A DNA stretch of 63,925 nt, the filler included, from Reclinomonas americana ATCC 50394 (taxonomy: Eukaryota): assembly GCA_048213135.1 (NCBI GenBank). It is 6 parts of 4 records of this genome, joined end to end, with 100 filler letters (N's around TTAATTAATTAA, not from the genome) between each part and the next. Parts side by side here need not be neighbours in the genome. Positions count along the whole stretch, not along the records: positions 26,963 to 36,643 come from PS015019.1; positions 36,744 to 47,152 come from PS015019.1; positions 47,253 to 58,494 come from PS015019.1; 3 more parts are not named here. The stretch is one strand, 5' to 3'. Positions 36,063-50,900 of this stretch are shown one piece after another. A program made the position numbers and the translations under genes. Under the pieces are notes generated by a model. That model did not search any database and was not told where the DNA came from. It saw only the letters and a list, made by a program, of their open reading frames with translations. How positions within the stretch are numbered: position 1 is the first letter of the stretch; the number at the start of each line of letters is the position of its first letter.

Positions 36063-38646
36063 CACAGCATCCACTCTCTGCTCACCAGCGACGAATATCA
36101 CCCAGGCGATCCCCCTTTCCGTCCATGTCGTCGCTGCCGTCTAGTACCACGCGTGTCGGCGATGGAACTCCGGTGCCCCACGCGTCGGGAGGTGTTGCCG
36201 TCAGTACGCCATTGCCGATGGACTCTCCGTCTCCTGTGACGCACACACCGCAGGCGGTTGTGCCGCCCAGTGGCGGGACTGGACCGCCGTCAATGAGTCG
36301 CATGGTGCTCGTTGTGCCGCGAACAGATACGGGAATTCGTGTTGCTGGTGCCCTCGTCGATCATGCCGTGCAGGTGCGTTGCTCACAAGTGACACTATCC
36401 GCATCTCTCTCTATTCCTCACTTTCTCATTGTGCGCACTACAGACGGTAGATGAGGATGACGAGGACCCGGCACCGTCTTTGTGGCGCCCGTTCGAGAGG
36501 CAGCAGACGCCACTGGGTTCGCGCCGCTCAATGACGGCCACCGACAGCGTGGTGTCGGATCGGGATGCCTCATCGACGCGGGCTGCGGCGAGTGCTCGCC
36601 CTCGAAACTCATCGACAGTGGCACCAGCTGCTGGATCTCACGTNNNNNNNNNNNNNNNNNNNNNNNNNNNNNNNNNNNNNNNNNNNNTTAATTAATTAAN
36701 NNNNNNNNNNNNNNNNNNNNNNNNNNNNNNNNNNNNNNNNNNNCCAGCCGTGCAGAGACCACCGGAGCGGAGGTAGCCACCAACGTGGGCAAGAGCGGGC
36801 GCGACGGCACAGTTGCCAGGTCCGCACCGACGGCAGCACCAGCCGCGTCCACTTCTGCACCTGTGGCTACCGTGGTGATACCTGCGCCGTGCGTCGGCGA
36901 CGGCACCGGCGACACCTCTGGTGTCGGTTCCTGCGTAGACGGCGGCATCACACCAGATGACGTGTCCTCCGACGGCTCAGACAACTGGTGCGACGGTAGT
37001 GGCGGCTGCTGTTCTGCCTGTTGCTGCTCGATGTTGAAGTGCCGATGCGATGGACTGCGCAGTCGACGCCACTGTGCACAAGAAGAAGATGGGTGAGTCA
37101 CATAGAGAGAGTGGGAGCCAAGGCGCGCCTCACACGCACCGCATGTCGATTGCGATGGCGTCGCTGTGAAGGGTCAGTGTTGTCGTCGTCATGATTACTG
37201 TCGTCTCGGCGCTTGCCGTCCACCTCTCCCTCCGCCGCGTCGTAGTACGCGTACGCACCGTCGTCAATGTCATCATCATCATCGTCGTCATTGCCAACAT
37301 CCACATCGTCAGCATCCGAGTCAACAACAACAACTGCCACAGGTGGCCGCCGCGCCGCAACCGACGGTNNNNNNNNNNNNNNNNNNNNGACGACACTGAT
37401 TCCACACGAGATCAAGTAGGGATACTGGCAGGCGCACCACACCTCGTCAGTCTCATGAAGTGGAAGCAATGCATCCGCACACACAGAAAGACGCACCGCA
37501 TAGTTCGGACTCCACCGCAAGGTGCAAATGATGGAGGTGGTGATCGCGGCCGCCACTGCAGCATAGACCAGTGCAAGCCAGAGGAACTCCAACCAGCTGG
37601 GGAATGGCGTTGCGAAAGATGCATCCGTCGCGTCTCCACGACAGCGCGCCACCACAAAGACAAGCCAGCTAGCCGCGCACACTGCTCCGACGACCGACAT
37701 GGAGTACGTTCGTTCGGGAAAGTGCCACAGAGCGGCACCGACACCAACTGCCACACTGCCAAACACCAGCAATGAGGTGACCGCGAAGAGCGCACGCAGA
37801 GTCCAGGTGCGCCACCACGGGGTGATCTGCAACGTACAATGGAGAGCCGTAAGCTGAGAAAAGAAACAGGGGCTCTTGCACACAGAATCAACTGACTAAC
37901 GCACCGCCAGGAGCGAGCTTACAGGTGGCCGCACTGCAGCGGGGTCAGCAGCAGGCGAAATCGGCAGGCCAAACTCTCCCGGCACACCACCAGGTAGGCG
38001 TCGGCCGGGAGAAGGGACGGNNNNNNNNNNNNNNNNNNNNNNNNNNNNNNNNNNNNNNNNNNNNNNNNNNNNNNNNNNNNNNNNNNNNNNNNNNNNNNNN
38101 NNNNNNNNNNNNNNNNNNNNNNNNNNNNNNNNNNNNNNNNNNNNNNNNNNNNNNNNNNNNNNNNNNNNNNNNNNNNNNNNNNNNNNNNNNNNNNNNNNNN
38201 NNNNNNNNNNNNNNNNNNNNNNNNNNNNNNNNNNNNNNNNNNNNNNNNNNNNNNNNNNNNNNNNNNNNNNNNNNNNNNNNNNNNNNNNNNNNNNNNNNNN
38301 NNNNNNNNNNNNNNNNNNNNNNNNNNNNNNNNNNNNNNNNNNNNNNNNNNNNNNNNNNNNNNNNNNNNNNNNNNNNNNNNNNNNNNNNNNNNNNNNNNNN
38401 NNNNNNNNNNNNNNNNNNNNNNNNNNNNNNNNNNNNNNNNNNNNNNNNNNNNNNNNNNNNNNNNNNNNNNNNNNNNNNNNNNNNNNNNNNNNNNNNNNNN
38501 NNNNNNNNNNNNNNNNNNNNNNNNNNNNNNNNNNNNNNNNNNNNNNNNNNNNNNNNNNNNNNNNNNNNNNNNNNNNNNNNNNNNNNNNNTTCGAGTGGCT
38601 GGTGCTGGAGCCGTTTGTTCTCTGGGCAGGTACGAGTCGCCCTGTG

Positions 38647-38679
<33 letters not shown>

Positions 38680-38804
38680 GTGCACGCTGCAGTGTGTGAG
38701 ACACTGATTCGCTGCGATCGCTCACAGCCGCCCTCAATGGAACCTTCTGGCGAGGCTTGCTGGGCAACACGATCGAGCACGGCACAAAAAAGTCTAGCAA
38801 TTAA
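30568..38804 (+). CDS. Polycystin-1-like membrane protein, short paralog (signal peptide, NHL beta-propeller, TM1-3, long disordered loop, 4 more TMs); segments 36744-37368 and 37389-38020 lie inverted in the assembly
   Basis: NHL-like LAGTGVRGHVDGPATRAEFEWP; TM1 at about 32270-32340; DHLWLRMF, SIAVNGSLY, TGFLAAFVAWIPQLVFLFLFLRTR; ends ISCGISVV+FEWLVLEPFVLWA..GLLG..*. Confidence 0.72.
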
Positions 38805-38908
38805 TTCCAAGCATAAACAGGGCTAATGAGGAGAATGGGATAGAGAAGGAGATACACACACACAGAGAGAGAGAGAGAGAGAAAATGAGGGACTGCAGCC
38901 GTGTTGGC

Positions 38909-41900
38909 TCACGAGGCAACACCTTGCAGAAGACCGCCGAGCAAGTGTTCTGTGTGCACACGCCATTCTCGTTAAGAGGTAGCGAGCGACCATTGGCTCG
39001 ACGGTGACAAAATCAACTCACCGTTGAGACTCTGCAAGAGGAACATGGCGGGCTCCAAGAAGAACGCCTCGTTGGCCAAACTTGCGAGCGACGTCAGGAT
39101 TAGCGTACGCTGCGGACCAGTCGGTGAGTACAATTGCGCACGCAGTGTCTGTGTGTGAGAGAGAGATCGACAGACGCACCGCTTCGCCCTCGGTGAATGT
39201 GGATGTATATAGCAATAGGAACCATGTGTACAGGAGTGTGAAGAGCCAACAGAGCGCATAGAAAATCTGTAAACGCAAACAGAAACAGTGTCAGCGTTGG
39301 CTCGTCGAGCAATCATGTCTGCACTCCAGAAAAACACATACCCGATCCATGAATGGAGGGAATCTGTGTTGCACATATCGCACATGGCCGCGGTGAGTGA
39401 GACAGCTGACAACACACACAAGTTAGAGGGAACTAACACACCGCTGCACGTCTTGATTCACGGGATCGCCGCGACTGCGCATACGCAGCCACACGAAGAG
39501 GACCCACGCGGCACCGAATACGGTGGAGAGCAAAATGTATTCGAGCCAAGTGGCCTGGAAAGTCGAGAAGAGCACCAGCACGAACGCCGTAGCCAGTGCA
39601 AACATGAGAAAACTGATAACCAAGAAGCCGGTGAAGAACTTGCGAGAGCGCGCAGGACTGCGATCTTGCACCAAATGCTGCGCACGGCCGGATGCAAACA
39701 CGGTGAGTCGTATGAACGAACATATGCGCGCGCACACACACGCTTGCATGCACGCACCAATTCGCCATCGCGCTCCTCGACATAAGTGACTGTCTCAACA
39801 ATGGCCGACGAGTCAACCTGCTGACCCGCCGATGGAGTCTCGTACGCCGCCATACCGGCTGCCACCAGAGGGTCACGGCGGACAGTGTACGCCGACGACC
39901 GGCGCCGGCGACGATGGCGACGCACGCCCGATGTCGGCGACAGAATCTGCGACTCGTCAGCCGATGTGGCATCCGAGAGTGGAGCCTGCGCAGAGTGTGT
40001 GGGTTTCGAATACGACGCCAAGCAGCAGCAACAAATTGTAACAAACCGGCGACGGAGCAAGCGCGCCGTATGGTGTGAGGTACGCATTGTCGCCTGGAGT
40101 GACGAGATTGTCGGCTGATCGTCGCGCCAGCGATGTCGTCGCAGTGGATGTGCTGCGATTGCTTGCCGACACTCGAGAGCCATCACTGTCGCTGACCGAC
40201 GAGGCCGCCGATTCAAGTGGTGTGACAGTCAAGCGAACTGGTGCGGTGCCGTTGGCACTTCGTCGTGTCGTCGATTGCGCCCCGCCACGTGTCACCGTGG
40301 GTATCTGTCACAATAGCAAAATGTGGTGAGTACTCAGTTTTTTTGTGTTGGGTGGGAGACGACAAGTTGCAAGCGCACCGGCGTGGGCGTGCCGTCGTCG
40401 ATCGACCACTGGCTGCTGTACTGCGACTCGCTACCGAGATCCTGCAGAGCCAGTCCAGGAGTCGCACCGTACGACCGTGGAGTGGCGAGACTCTGGTCGA
40501 TACCCAACGTGGACATTGATTCGACACTTGTGCAGCGCACCACGACGCCTGGTACCGCCAAGGCGTCGGCGTTAGCACTGCTGCGACTGCTGACAACAAT
40601 GGCACCGGCAGCCGGCGGTGGAGCCGAGTTCGGCACCGTCGCCAGTTTGAATGCTGGGCTGCCGGGCGGTGCACTGTCGTTGCGCACCAGCTTGCGCGTC
40701 GAGCCCGGCGACACAACTTCCGCTGGCACCACCAAAATGGAGGCCGGTGACACGGGGCTTGTGGCGGCCTTGATGCTCTGCAACGACGATTGCCGATACA
40801 GCGGTCGAGAGGCGGCCACCGTGGGCGGATACATGCGAAGCGGGTCGCTGTGCATGCTGGCGCCAATGCCCACTCCTTCGCCAGCAGGTGTGCCATTGCC
40901 GCCGCCGCCGCCACCACCACCACCAATAGTACCACCAGCACTGTTGAGCCCCATCATCGGTCGCGAGGTTGGCGTCTCGGCCGGCGTGAGCTGCGGGCGC
41001 ACTGCCTTGGGAGACAGAATCGCGTCACCATTGAGCGACGTGAGGCTGCCCGGCAAAGCAATGGCCAGTTTGCCACCCTGCCACGCAGCACGCCGGCTGG
41101 CCACCGTACTGCTGCCGTCGTTGCCGTTGTCGAGTTCACTGCCGTCGACTCCTGCAAGTTCACCGGTCTCGCCATCGGTCTTGGCACCCCGACGAGCCAC
41201 CGTGGTGGACGTGCTGTACGACAGAAATGCACAAGGTCAGTACATGCACAGCAGGCGCCGAATTGCAAATAAACATGCTGTGCCACAACGCACCGCACGC
41301 TGTGCGTGTCGCCAGCCACAGCCAAGGTCATGGTCACCGATGTGTCGGCCGGGTTCGACAGCTGTCGCTCGGACTCATCGGAGCTACCCGTCGAGTACGA
41401 CGAGTACGACTCGTCGCCGTCAGCGCTGTCCACCACGTCCAAGATGGGCGTACTGGACACCGACAGCACTGGCATGGGCGAGCCGGTCGGCGAGTGCATC
41501 AACTGCAGCGAGTGGTGGGGCACGAGAATGTCGACCGGGCGCCACAGAGTGGATGGCGACATGGGTGCACCACGTCGATGCGGTGAGCCAATGTCGACAC
41601 CCACGGGGAAAGCCTGCGCGTGCGAGAGTATGCCGGTGAGTGTTGCCTCGTTATTACAAAGTAATGGGAGAGCGGTCAGTCAGTCACGCACCTGTACACC
41701 CTGACTTTCGGTGACTGACAGCTTGCGACGACCGCGACTCTCGACCTGATATCCGTCGGGCTTCATCCGCGACAAATCCCACGTGACCGAGACGGTCGGT
41801 GACAGCGGCGATTTCGGAGGCGAGGTCACCTGACCCACGCCAAGTGACGACTTGCTGCGTCGCCTGCGTCGCTGGTGCGGTGACTTGGAGAACGGAGAGC

Positions 41901-44900
41901 GCGCTTGTGACACAGTCGACTTCGAACCAGGATCGACTCCGACAAGCGACTGTGCCCATTCCATTCGCGTACTCTGCACGCGCGTGAGCTGCGTTTCGTC
42001 TGGCCTCATCGACGCGTCAGACACTTCTTCGTCGTGCACCGAGAAGCGTCGTCCGCGCAGATAGTTGGACGGCGCCGGTGGTGGCGAGTCTACAGGGGGC
42101 GAGTGAGGCTCCAGGTTGCGACCGACAGCTGGCGACATGGGTGATCTGGGCGGCGGACTGCGCATCATGTCGAACGTGGGCGACGAGATGGCCGGCGGTG
42201 AAACCAAGTCGATCAGCGGCGCTGGTGCTTGTTCCTCGGCCAGACTGCCACGACGCAGAAGCGCACGTGGATGCGGCTGTAGGCCAGCATCCTTGGTCTG
42301 AATGCGGAGCGACCGTGGGTTGCTTCCAGCAGGTGATGGCATCGGCTCCACTGGCGAACCGCCGCCGGATCGCGGGGTCTCGGCGTCGAGACCCAGCGAC
42401 TGGCGGCGAGCAAACATCAGCAAACGACTATTGTCGTGCATACGTCGACTGGTGGGGAGGCTGCCGAGACTGGGAGACTGCATGAGAGCAGCGGGAAGCG
42501 GGGCCGGTAGTCCACTTGGGGCCATGGAACGCGCCGTCAGGAACGGCCGATCGGTGGGCTTGGCACGCAGATTCGCCAGAATCGTAAACGACGTGGGAGT
42601 GTCGGGCAGGGAGACGTGCGTGTGGTCGTTGACGGCTGGATCCTCCGATCCCATCGACGACAGGCTGTGCGGCGTGCTTGGAGACGGCGAAACAGAGTTG
42701 CTCGGTTGTGACTGCGAGTGCTGGGAGTGCTGTCGGACGTGACCGCCGTTGTTCGGCGGCGGTACTCCAGATGGCAAACTGTGACACGCGCGTAAGTAAG
42801 ACACACACGTAGAACACAGAGGGGCAAGAGCACACACCTTCTGGGAATAGTCAGTAGCGGCAAGTGCGAGGCAGCCAGGTGTCGCGGACGACGTGATTGG
42901 CCGTCGGCAGACGACGATGACTTGCGTCCGTCGCCGCTGCGACTTTCGTCGCTCTCGCGGCTGCCGTGTGCATCACTGACACGCGAACCATCGACCTGTT
43001 CTTGCTCGTAACGCTCCCACTGCGCGAGTTGCTCATGTTCATCGTCGACCGGCGCTACTTCGAAGAAGTCGATCCACGTGTGCGCTGTCAGCCCACGGTG
43101 CGTGTCGGAACCGGTTCGCGACGACAAGTCGTCATCACCAGTGTCGGTGCGCGAGCGGTTGCGACGCCGAGCCATGGTCTGTCGAGGCGTGATGCCGGCA
43201 CCATAAGTGTCGTCCACGGTCCAATCCACAAAGTCGTGGTCCTGGTTGGCAGTCTCCACCACAAACGCTCGCGGCACATCGTTCTCCACATCGTCGTGCT
43301 CCATCTGGCCGGATGTGTAAGTGAACACCGATGGTGGCCGCTCGCCCGGTTCCAGCACCGACGACATGTCCATGTACACATCATCGACAGAAGCCAGTGG
43401 TTGGTAAGGGGCGGCGGCGATCGCCGGCTGTGCACCTCGCGAATTCGCCGGTGCCCCACTCGTTAGCGTCTGAGACGGCGGTGGTGGTGCTCCGCGGTAC
43501 ATGGCGGCAGTCGAACCGTTGGCAAACGACTGCTGATCGTGGGCAGCCATGGGCGGCGCAATGGCGGTGAGCAGGTCCGAGGGGACAGCCAAATGTGCGG
43601 GTGGACCGGCGGCACTGTCGCCATACATGCTGCTACCACTGCGGTGGCTACCATCGTTGCGAGACCTGCGGCGATGGCCATGAACACCACCCACCACAAC
43701 CGCTACGCCATCGGGAACGGCGCCATCGTGTGTATCGCGACGCGCGTCACCTCCGGACTGGGAGTCAGATGCGGATGGCGCGGTTCGGCGGCGGGGACGA
43801 GAACTGTTGTGGGGAGTCGGGTCGTCGCTTACTTGCGCACCCTGGGGCACCTCGAGAAGCAGCAGGTGCGGTTCATCGACGCCCTGTGAAGAGGCAAGAC
43901 GGATGGATGTCGACGATCCGCGTTCCCCGCTGCTGCAGATGCAGGAAACGCCATTGGTGAGGCCAACGCGCACGCATCAGCGGTCGCAAGGAAAACAATG
44001 GTTGACATACCCAGTTGCCGTGCGTTGTTCGCCAGCAGTCTTCGCTTTCGTGACCTGCGCCTCTCCGCCGTCTTCGAGCTCATCGTCGTCGGACAAGGGA
44101 GTCACCGTCTCACAGTCCGCTGAATCCTCCGAGTCCAAAGACCCCTCGTCGTCGAGGCGGCCAGCAGTGCGAGGATTGTTCGAGTACCGCGGTGTAATGC
44201 CGTCCGGCACAGTGACCACTGCAAGTGTGTTCTCGCTGCCGGCATCTGCCGTATCGTCGTCTTGCACATCTTGTCCGCTACTGATGCTTTCATCACGATC
44301 GCCGGCATCCGGCTCTGGGTCGAGATCGGCCGATGCCTCCACCAGCACACTGTTGCGGATGGTGCGATAACTGTTCGAGCCATCGACTGCGAGCTGCTGC
44401 CGCTGTTGTGGCTGCGGTGGAGGGCGCGCTCGTCGGGGCGCAAACGGCGAGTCTGCAACACGCAACACACAGGGTATCAGGCAACAGACACCTGGAAATT
44501 CGGCGCGCACACTACCACAGCTTGCATCGAACGCACCGCGATCCGTCTCAGGTGTCTCCATGCGCGCCGACCACGGCGACATGAGCGCCTCTCGGTCTAG
44601 TCGACAGTCGGCGCGACTGGTCACAATCTGTGGCGACATGGCACCGTGCAAATGATTGTACGATGTGGCGTCCATGAAGTACGGTGTGTCGCCAATGGCC
44701 ATTGTCGTGGTGTCCTCCATGGCCGGCAGATCAATGTCAACAAGAGCTGCATTGAACAGAGGTCAGCACGCACAGTCGCCAGTTACTGATGCCTCTACAG
44801 TACTCAACTGCCGCGATAAGGCTCGGCCGCAAACTCGTCGAATTCGCCGTGTGGGCGCTCCTTGCTCATTTGCGCGGTGCATTGCCAAGTGCTCGTGTGG

Positions 44901-47900
44901 GTGTCTGCGCGAAAAAGCACGCAAGTCAGTGATATTGTATGGCCAGCGACGCAAGGCAGAGAGATTGAACGCACCGTATTTGAGCGGATGTTGACGAGTG
45001 CGCATAAAGAGGATCATCATGACAAGCTGCGCGGCATCACAAAGTGAGGGGACGCGCAAGTAGTAGCAGGGGAAAGGGAGCGCATGTAAGAAAGGATGTC
45101 TCACCTCGGGAATANNNNNNNNNNNNNNNNNNNNNNNNNNNNNNNNNNNNNNNNNNNNNNNNNNNNNNNNNNNNNNNNNNNNNNNNNNNNNNNNNNNNNN
45201 NNNNNNNNNNNNNNNNNNNNNNNNNNNNNNNNNNNNNNNNNNNNNNNNNNNNNNNNNNNNNNNNNNNNNNNNNNNNNNNNNNNNNNNNNNNNNNNNNNNN
45301 NNNNNNNNNNNNNNNNNNNNNNNNNNNNNNNNNNNNNNNNNNNNNNNNNNNNNNNNNNNNNNNNNNNNNNNNNNNNNNNNNNNNNNNNNNNNNNNNNNNN
45401 NNNNNNNNNNNNNNNNNNNNNNNNNNNNNNNNNNNNNNNNNNNNNNNNNNNNNNNNNNNNNNNNNNNNNNNNNNNNNNNNNNNNNNNNNNNNNNNNNNNN
45501 NNNNNNNNNNNNNNNNNNNNNNNNNNNNNNNNNNNNNNNNNNNNNNNNNNNNNNNNNNNNNNNNNNNNNNNNNNNNNNNNNNNNNNNNNNNNNNNNNNNN
45601 NNNNNNNNNNNNNNNNNNNNNNNNNNNNNNNNNNNNNNNNNNNNNNNNNNNNNNNNNNNNNNNNNNNNNNNNNNNNNNNNNNNNNNNNNNNNNNNNNNNN
45701 NNNNNNNNNNNNNNNNNNNNNNNNNNNNNNNNNNNNNNNNNNNNNNNNNNNNNNNNNNNNNNNNNNNNNNNNNNNNNNNNNNNNNNNNNNNNNNNNNNNN
45801 NNNNNNNNNNNNNNNNNNNNNNNNNNNNNNNNNNNNNNNNNNNNNNNNNNNNNNNNNNNNNNNNNNNNNNNNNNNNNNNNNNNNNNNNNNGCAGCCAGAC
45901 TGCCAGCCATGCTTGCTGCAACGAGGCTCTCAAAGATGCCCCCGAAATGTGCCCGGTGCTGAATGGCGTTGGCGAAAAAGCTTCCGAGAATGAACCTACA
46001 GAGACAAGTCAGCTCCGTGTCACACTTGACACACGTGAATGTAACCTTTCACACTCACATGTAGAGCAGCGTGAGAGCCTGCAGGGTGTTCAGTCGCAGT
46101 GTGTTTCGAGTCGAGATATGATCGTCGCGTGGGTCGTGCTTCGGCGGCCAGAACACAATCAGCCACAGATGCTCGTGCCGCATGCGAACCTTGAAGTCTG
46201 CGACAGAATGAGACATCAAGCTCAGAACCTACTGCTAGCTCCAGCATGCCGATTGCGGCAACATCAACGCACCGTTCCACATGTCTTTCGACTTGACCTT
46301 GATGGTCGTGATGAAATCGAGGTCACGCTTGGCGGAGACAATCTTGTCGGACCCGGGAATGGCTGCGCGCGTGGCAGCTCAAATCAGAAAAGGTGACAGA
46401 GGGACGGTGAACCACCATTGCTGTTTGCTGACCTCGTCCGTCCATGTCGAACAGCAGAGTCGGCTGCATCACACGTTCGTTGGCATCCTTGCCCAGTTCG
46501 TGAATCCGATCAGCACGATTCATCGCCGATGTTGCACTGCAGATGAACAGGGGAGAGGCACGGCGTCAGCACCATACAAATGCGTGCTTTACGAGTGCTG
46601 GCACTCGCAGAATAACGCAACATGGCACGCGCACGCCGTGTAGTCATCTGCATGATGAGCCAGAACGAGACCACGTACAGTACAGTGGCAAAAGAGAGCA
46701 CCGCCAACGGAATCCACGAAGCGGATTCGGGTGCCTTGAACGGATTCACAAACTCAAACGACTTCCAGATGGAGGTGATGAGCGAAAATCTGCACGAGTC
46801 ACAAGCAGTGCCGTTAAGCATGGTCGACTGATCACAAATAAGGCGATGCGCTCACAGGAGGGTGACGCAACGCGGCAAAGACACTCAAATGATCGCACTG
46901 ACACACGGTGGCGGAATCAGACACAGCCACTGGAACGCAGCCATCTGCATCCCACTGGCGAATGCGCGGGTTCCAAAACGCACACACGGCTGCAAGGAAT
47001 TTGCATACGTGGTGTAGTTGAGCGCAAGGGGCGGCTACAAGCGTTTCCAAGTGCACATGAACGCAACTGGTCTCCAAACTGAGCGATCCTGTGTTGCCGA
47101 CCGCCGCCGGAGCGTGTGGCAAAATGAGTTCGATCGGTTGACGGAGATGGTGNNNNNNNNNNNNNNNNNNNNNNNNNNNNNNNNNNNNNNNNNNNNTTAA
47201 TTAATTAANNNNNNNNNNNNNNNNNNNNNNNNNNNNNNNNNNNNNNNNNNNNAACGTGAAGCGGGCCGGACTGGCTCTCGAGTTCCACTTCCAGTACATG
47301 ACTCTGTATGCATGCACCGAGCACGGTGGTTTAGATGTCACGTGGTGTTGTTAACCAGAGAATTGACTGTTGGTGCGTGTGACGCATACGAAACTTGCAG
47401 TGCGGCACCGGAGGGAATCAGCATGTGCAGCGGAGGTCGCTGCCAAGATGTGACGCGGGCAGCAATGCTGCCCTCCGTCATACCGACATCATCGGGCAAG
47501 CTGCGCGGCAAGTGCACGGCGTGTCCAGTGGGAAGTGTGTCTGACAGACGCATGTCTTGCGTACGGAGATGGCGTGTGTCGTGTCGATGCACGGCCAGTC
47601 GTGCCACCGGAGTCAAGATGACACTCTGCGCATCATAAACTTGTTACACAAACAGGGAGAAAGAAGATGAGTGTGGCAGCTCAAACCTCGTGTGTTTGGA
47701 GGTTATTCAGCAGAGACAATGACACGGCCGACGTGGAGTTGACCAGACGCTCGGACTGCTGGCTCCAGAAATCCAACAATTTTGCCGGTGACCAGTGGGC
47801 GCTTTCACCAAGCACCACGGTACGTTGCAGCTCGGGAGCGCGATGAACTCGCTGCGCGTGGTGGAATGTGAGGAAACCAATGTACACATGCTGGCAGCAC

Positions 47901-50900
47901 CATTCACACACACATACGCACCTCCATCAGCGGGCTCAGGGCACTCATGGCGAGTTTCTGAATGTCGAGTCGACGAGGCCACGTCGAGCAGTGCGTCAGG
48001 CGCAATAGAATTTCGGAGGCCACATTCATGGTGGGCTCATCGAGCTCCTCCATCGATCCAGACACCACAGCATGCCAGGCGGCAAGCTGCCGTACGTACT
48101 CGTTATCCGAGGCACTATCGCAAGCGACCGACGTGGCCACGGTTCCGAGCAGTTCGGCCCAGTCACGCCGAATCAAACGGCGCTGCATGAGAGCAAACAG
48201 AGTGCGCAAGCATGAGTAAGAAGGGAGTGAGAAACGGAGAGAGAAAGGAGTGTGCGCATCACATGCGGCGGTACGTACCCGGCTCAGTTCATCAGCTGGC
48301 CACTTGCACGAGCGCACTTGCGCGTGCGGCCAGGCTTGATCACGAATGGGCGCACGACTATCGTTTGCCAATGAATGGGTTAGCATGGTGGTGGGGAGCT
48401 ACGCGCACAATGTTGAGGGCATTACTTCACCTGTTTTGAGACGGCCACAGATTGAGCATGCGAGCAGTGCTTGTGATGGTGGCCAAGAGTGCGGCCTGGT
48501 TGCCCTCGCGTTCCACTTTCTCCACCTGTTCCAGCAGGAGACTTTGTCGAATGTCGCACGCTCGATTGGACTTGGATCGCGATGTATCTGCCAAATAGTG
48601 CGCAGTTGAGCCACAGTGCACAACATGCACTAACCGTGTATAGTGTACTCACTGGCGATCGAGACTGCCGCAGCAGTACTCGTGTGTGGAACACGCTCGT
48701 GCACGTGCACAAAGCGCTGCACCACGTGCTGCTGACCATGGATGTCCTGAATAAGAACACGCAGCTCCAACGCGTCATCCGGTCGTCGACCTATATACCA
48801 CAAGTAAGCAAAGAAAGCGGGAAAAAATGAAGAATGTGCATATCAACAAACCTGGCGGCAAGCGCACAGCAACGTGCGAATAGTGTGCGAGTTCTGTCAA
48901 CGGGTACTGTGCACTGTTGGCGTCGAACGTACTGTCCGAAGAGCCACTGGCCGAGGCCACAAACAGCTGTACTCGATGTTGTATGCTCTGCGAATGCCAG
49001 CGTCGGAAATGAGGGAAGAGGGAAATGAAAGAGAAAGGAGGTGAGTCTGTGTGCGTACCGACGAGGACTGTGAGTCATCCGACACTGACACGTGGAATTC
49101 GGTCTCCAGCGCGACGCCCTCCAGCGGAACTGTACAAGGAAGAACAAAACAACACGCACAATAAGGTGAGTCGCCGCGCTGTGAGGGCGAATCGAGGCTT
49201 TGTAACGAGAACGCAACAAACTGATACGCGGAAGCCAGTAGCACCTGGCGATCGCGGACGCATTGGCAGAATCACTTGCAACCGTGCCTCTGCTAGCGAC
49301 ACCAACTGAACGAGATGAAGTGCGAGTGAGGAATACATGGGAGACACGCTCAATGGTGACAAAAAGAGCGAGGCGAGGCACTCACCGCAGGATCGACAAC
49401 ACTGCGGGCACGAACTTGTACGCGATAGACAACGTTTGGGAGAAACGACGACGCCGGCAACACCAGAGTGTTGGACTCCAATAGGCCGGAACTCGCTTGC
49501 CACGACGATGCATTGGTTGTGCTGTCATCGCGTACTGACCATTCATACTCGACGGCTGTGTCAAACACAAGCACACATTCCACACGAGGTGAGTGAAGGA
49601 TAATGATAATATGTGTCGAAGTGCATCGACAGCCACACCTTGTGAGCAATGTTCATCGGCAGCCGTGGTCAATGATCCTGCCACCACGGTGACAAGGCCG
49701 GCGCGCGGGAATACCAGCAAGTTCGGCGAGCCAACAATATGAACTGCAGGCACAGCCTCCGTCACGCGGACGATCTGCACAAGTACCGGCAGTGAGATTG
49801 TGTGTGCCAGAGAGAGAGAGAGAGAGATAAAGAGATAAACAGGGAGAGCCTTGAAGCGCACCTCAACCGATGTAGTCGCCTCTGCGCCGAGAATATTCCG
49901 CACAGTGAGCAGGAACTTGAAATGCGATGCGTCCAGCGGAAGCTCGAACTCGACAACAGAAGAGTCGCTCGAAGCCGTCAGTGGAACTGCACCACCGTCA
50001 CCGACGCTCCACGAGTACGCCAGGCCAAATACACCACCACCGGCCGACATGCTGCCACTGAGAACGACGCGCGAGATGCACGACGCGATTGTAGGCGATG
50101 CCCCGGCAATCACGGCCAACGTTCCACCGGTGCCGGAGGCAGAGACGACTGCGGTTTCGTCAAAGGCGCGCACAGTTCTGTCTGCACGTGCCACCACAGC
50201 ATGCTCTCGCAAGCGAATAACGGAGCCGACTCGCAGCAACGGACGCTTGTCGCCCGACATCTCCACTCGCAGAACCGAGTTCGAGCGCCAGGCACACTGC
50301 GGTTCCGATCCCAGAAGCAACAGGCTGGAGGCGTCAAACAAGGTGGAGCACGACAACAGTCGGTCCGTCGCAGCACCGCTCGAGACGGACACAATATCTG
50401 CGGCAAACTCGATTTCCAGCGCCATGAGATCCGAACTCAACGTGGCCGTGAAGCCAAGTGAGCGCGCTGATGCGAGGAACAGACAGAAAGAGGTGGCAAG
50501 TGAGTTGTCGTGCGAGGAGATGACGACACGTGTAACACAGGCACACCACGCACCAAAACTGAAGGACGCAATGCGTTGCTCTGCCGCATCACCCGGCCAA
50601 CGCGCACAGAGCGTCCACATACCAGAGTCGCTTGTGACCGACACCGACGACGAAGAAACGGCAATAGCACCGACGGGCACGACGAATGAGGTGGGCGACA
50701 GTGGCGTCGGCAGCAGTGACACTTCGGCGTTGCTGTCGCGAGCAGAGCAGGAGGCACAGCTTCGCGCCACCAGCGTCGCAAGCATCACTTGCTCGACCGA
50801 GTACGCATCATCGGCGGTGAACGTGAGCATCGAATCGCCGGTCTTTGGTGCAATCGCTTCCTTGTCTGCCTGAGTCACTCGCACTGCAACACGCACTCGA

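Noticed and set aside
49851-50873. Long plus-strand ORFs antisense to real exons (also 40323-41639 and 4555-5535)
   Set aside because: Shadow ORFs of GC-rich coding sequence; no recognisable motifs or splice support
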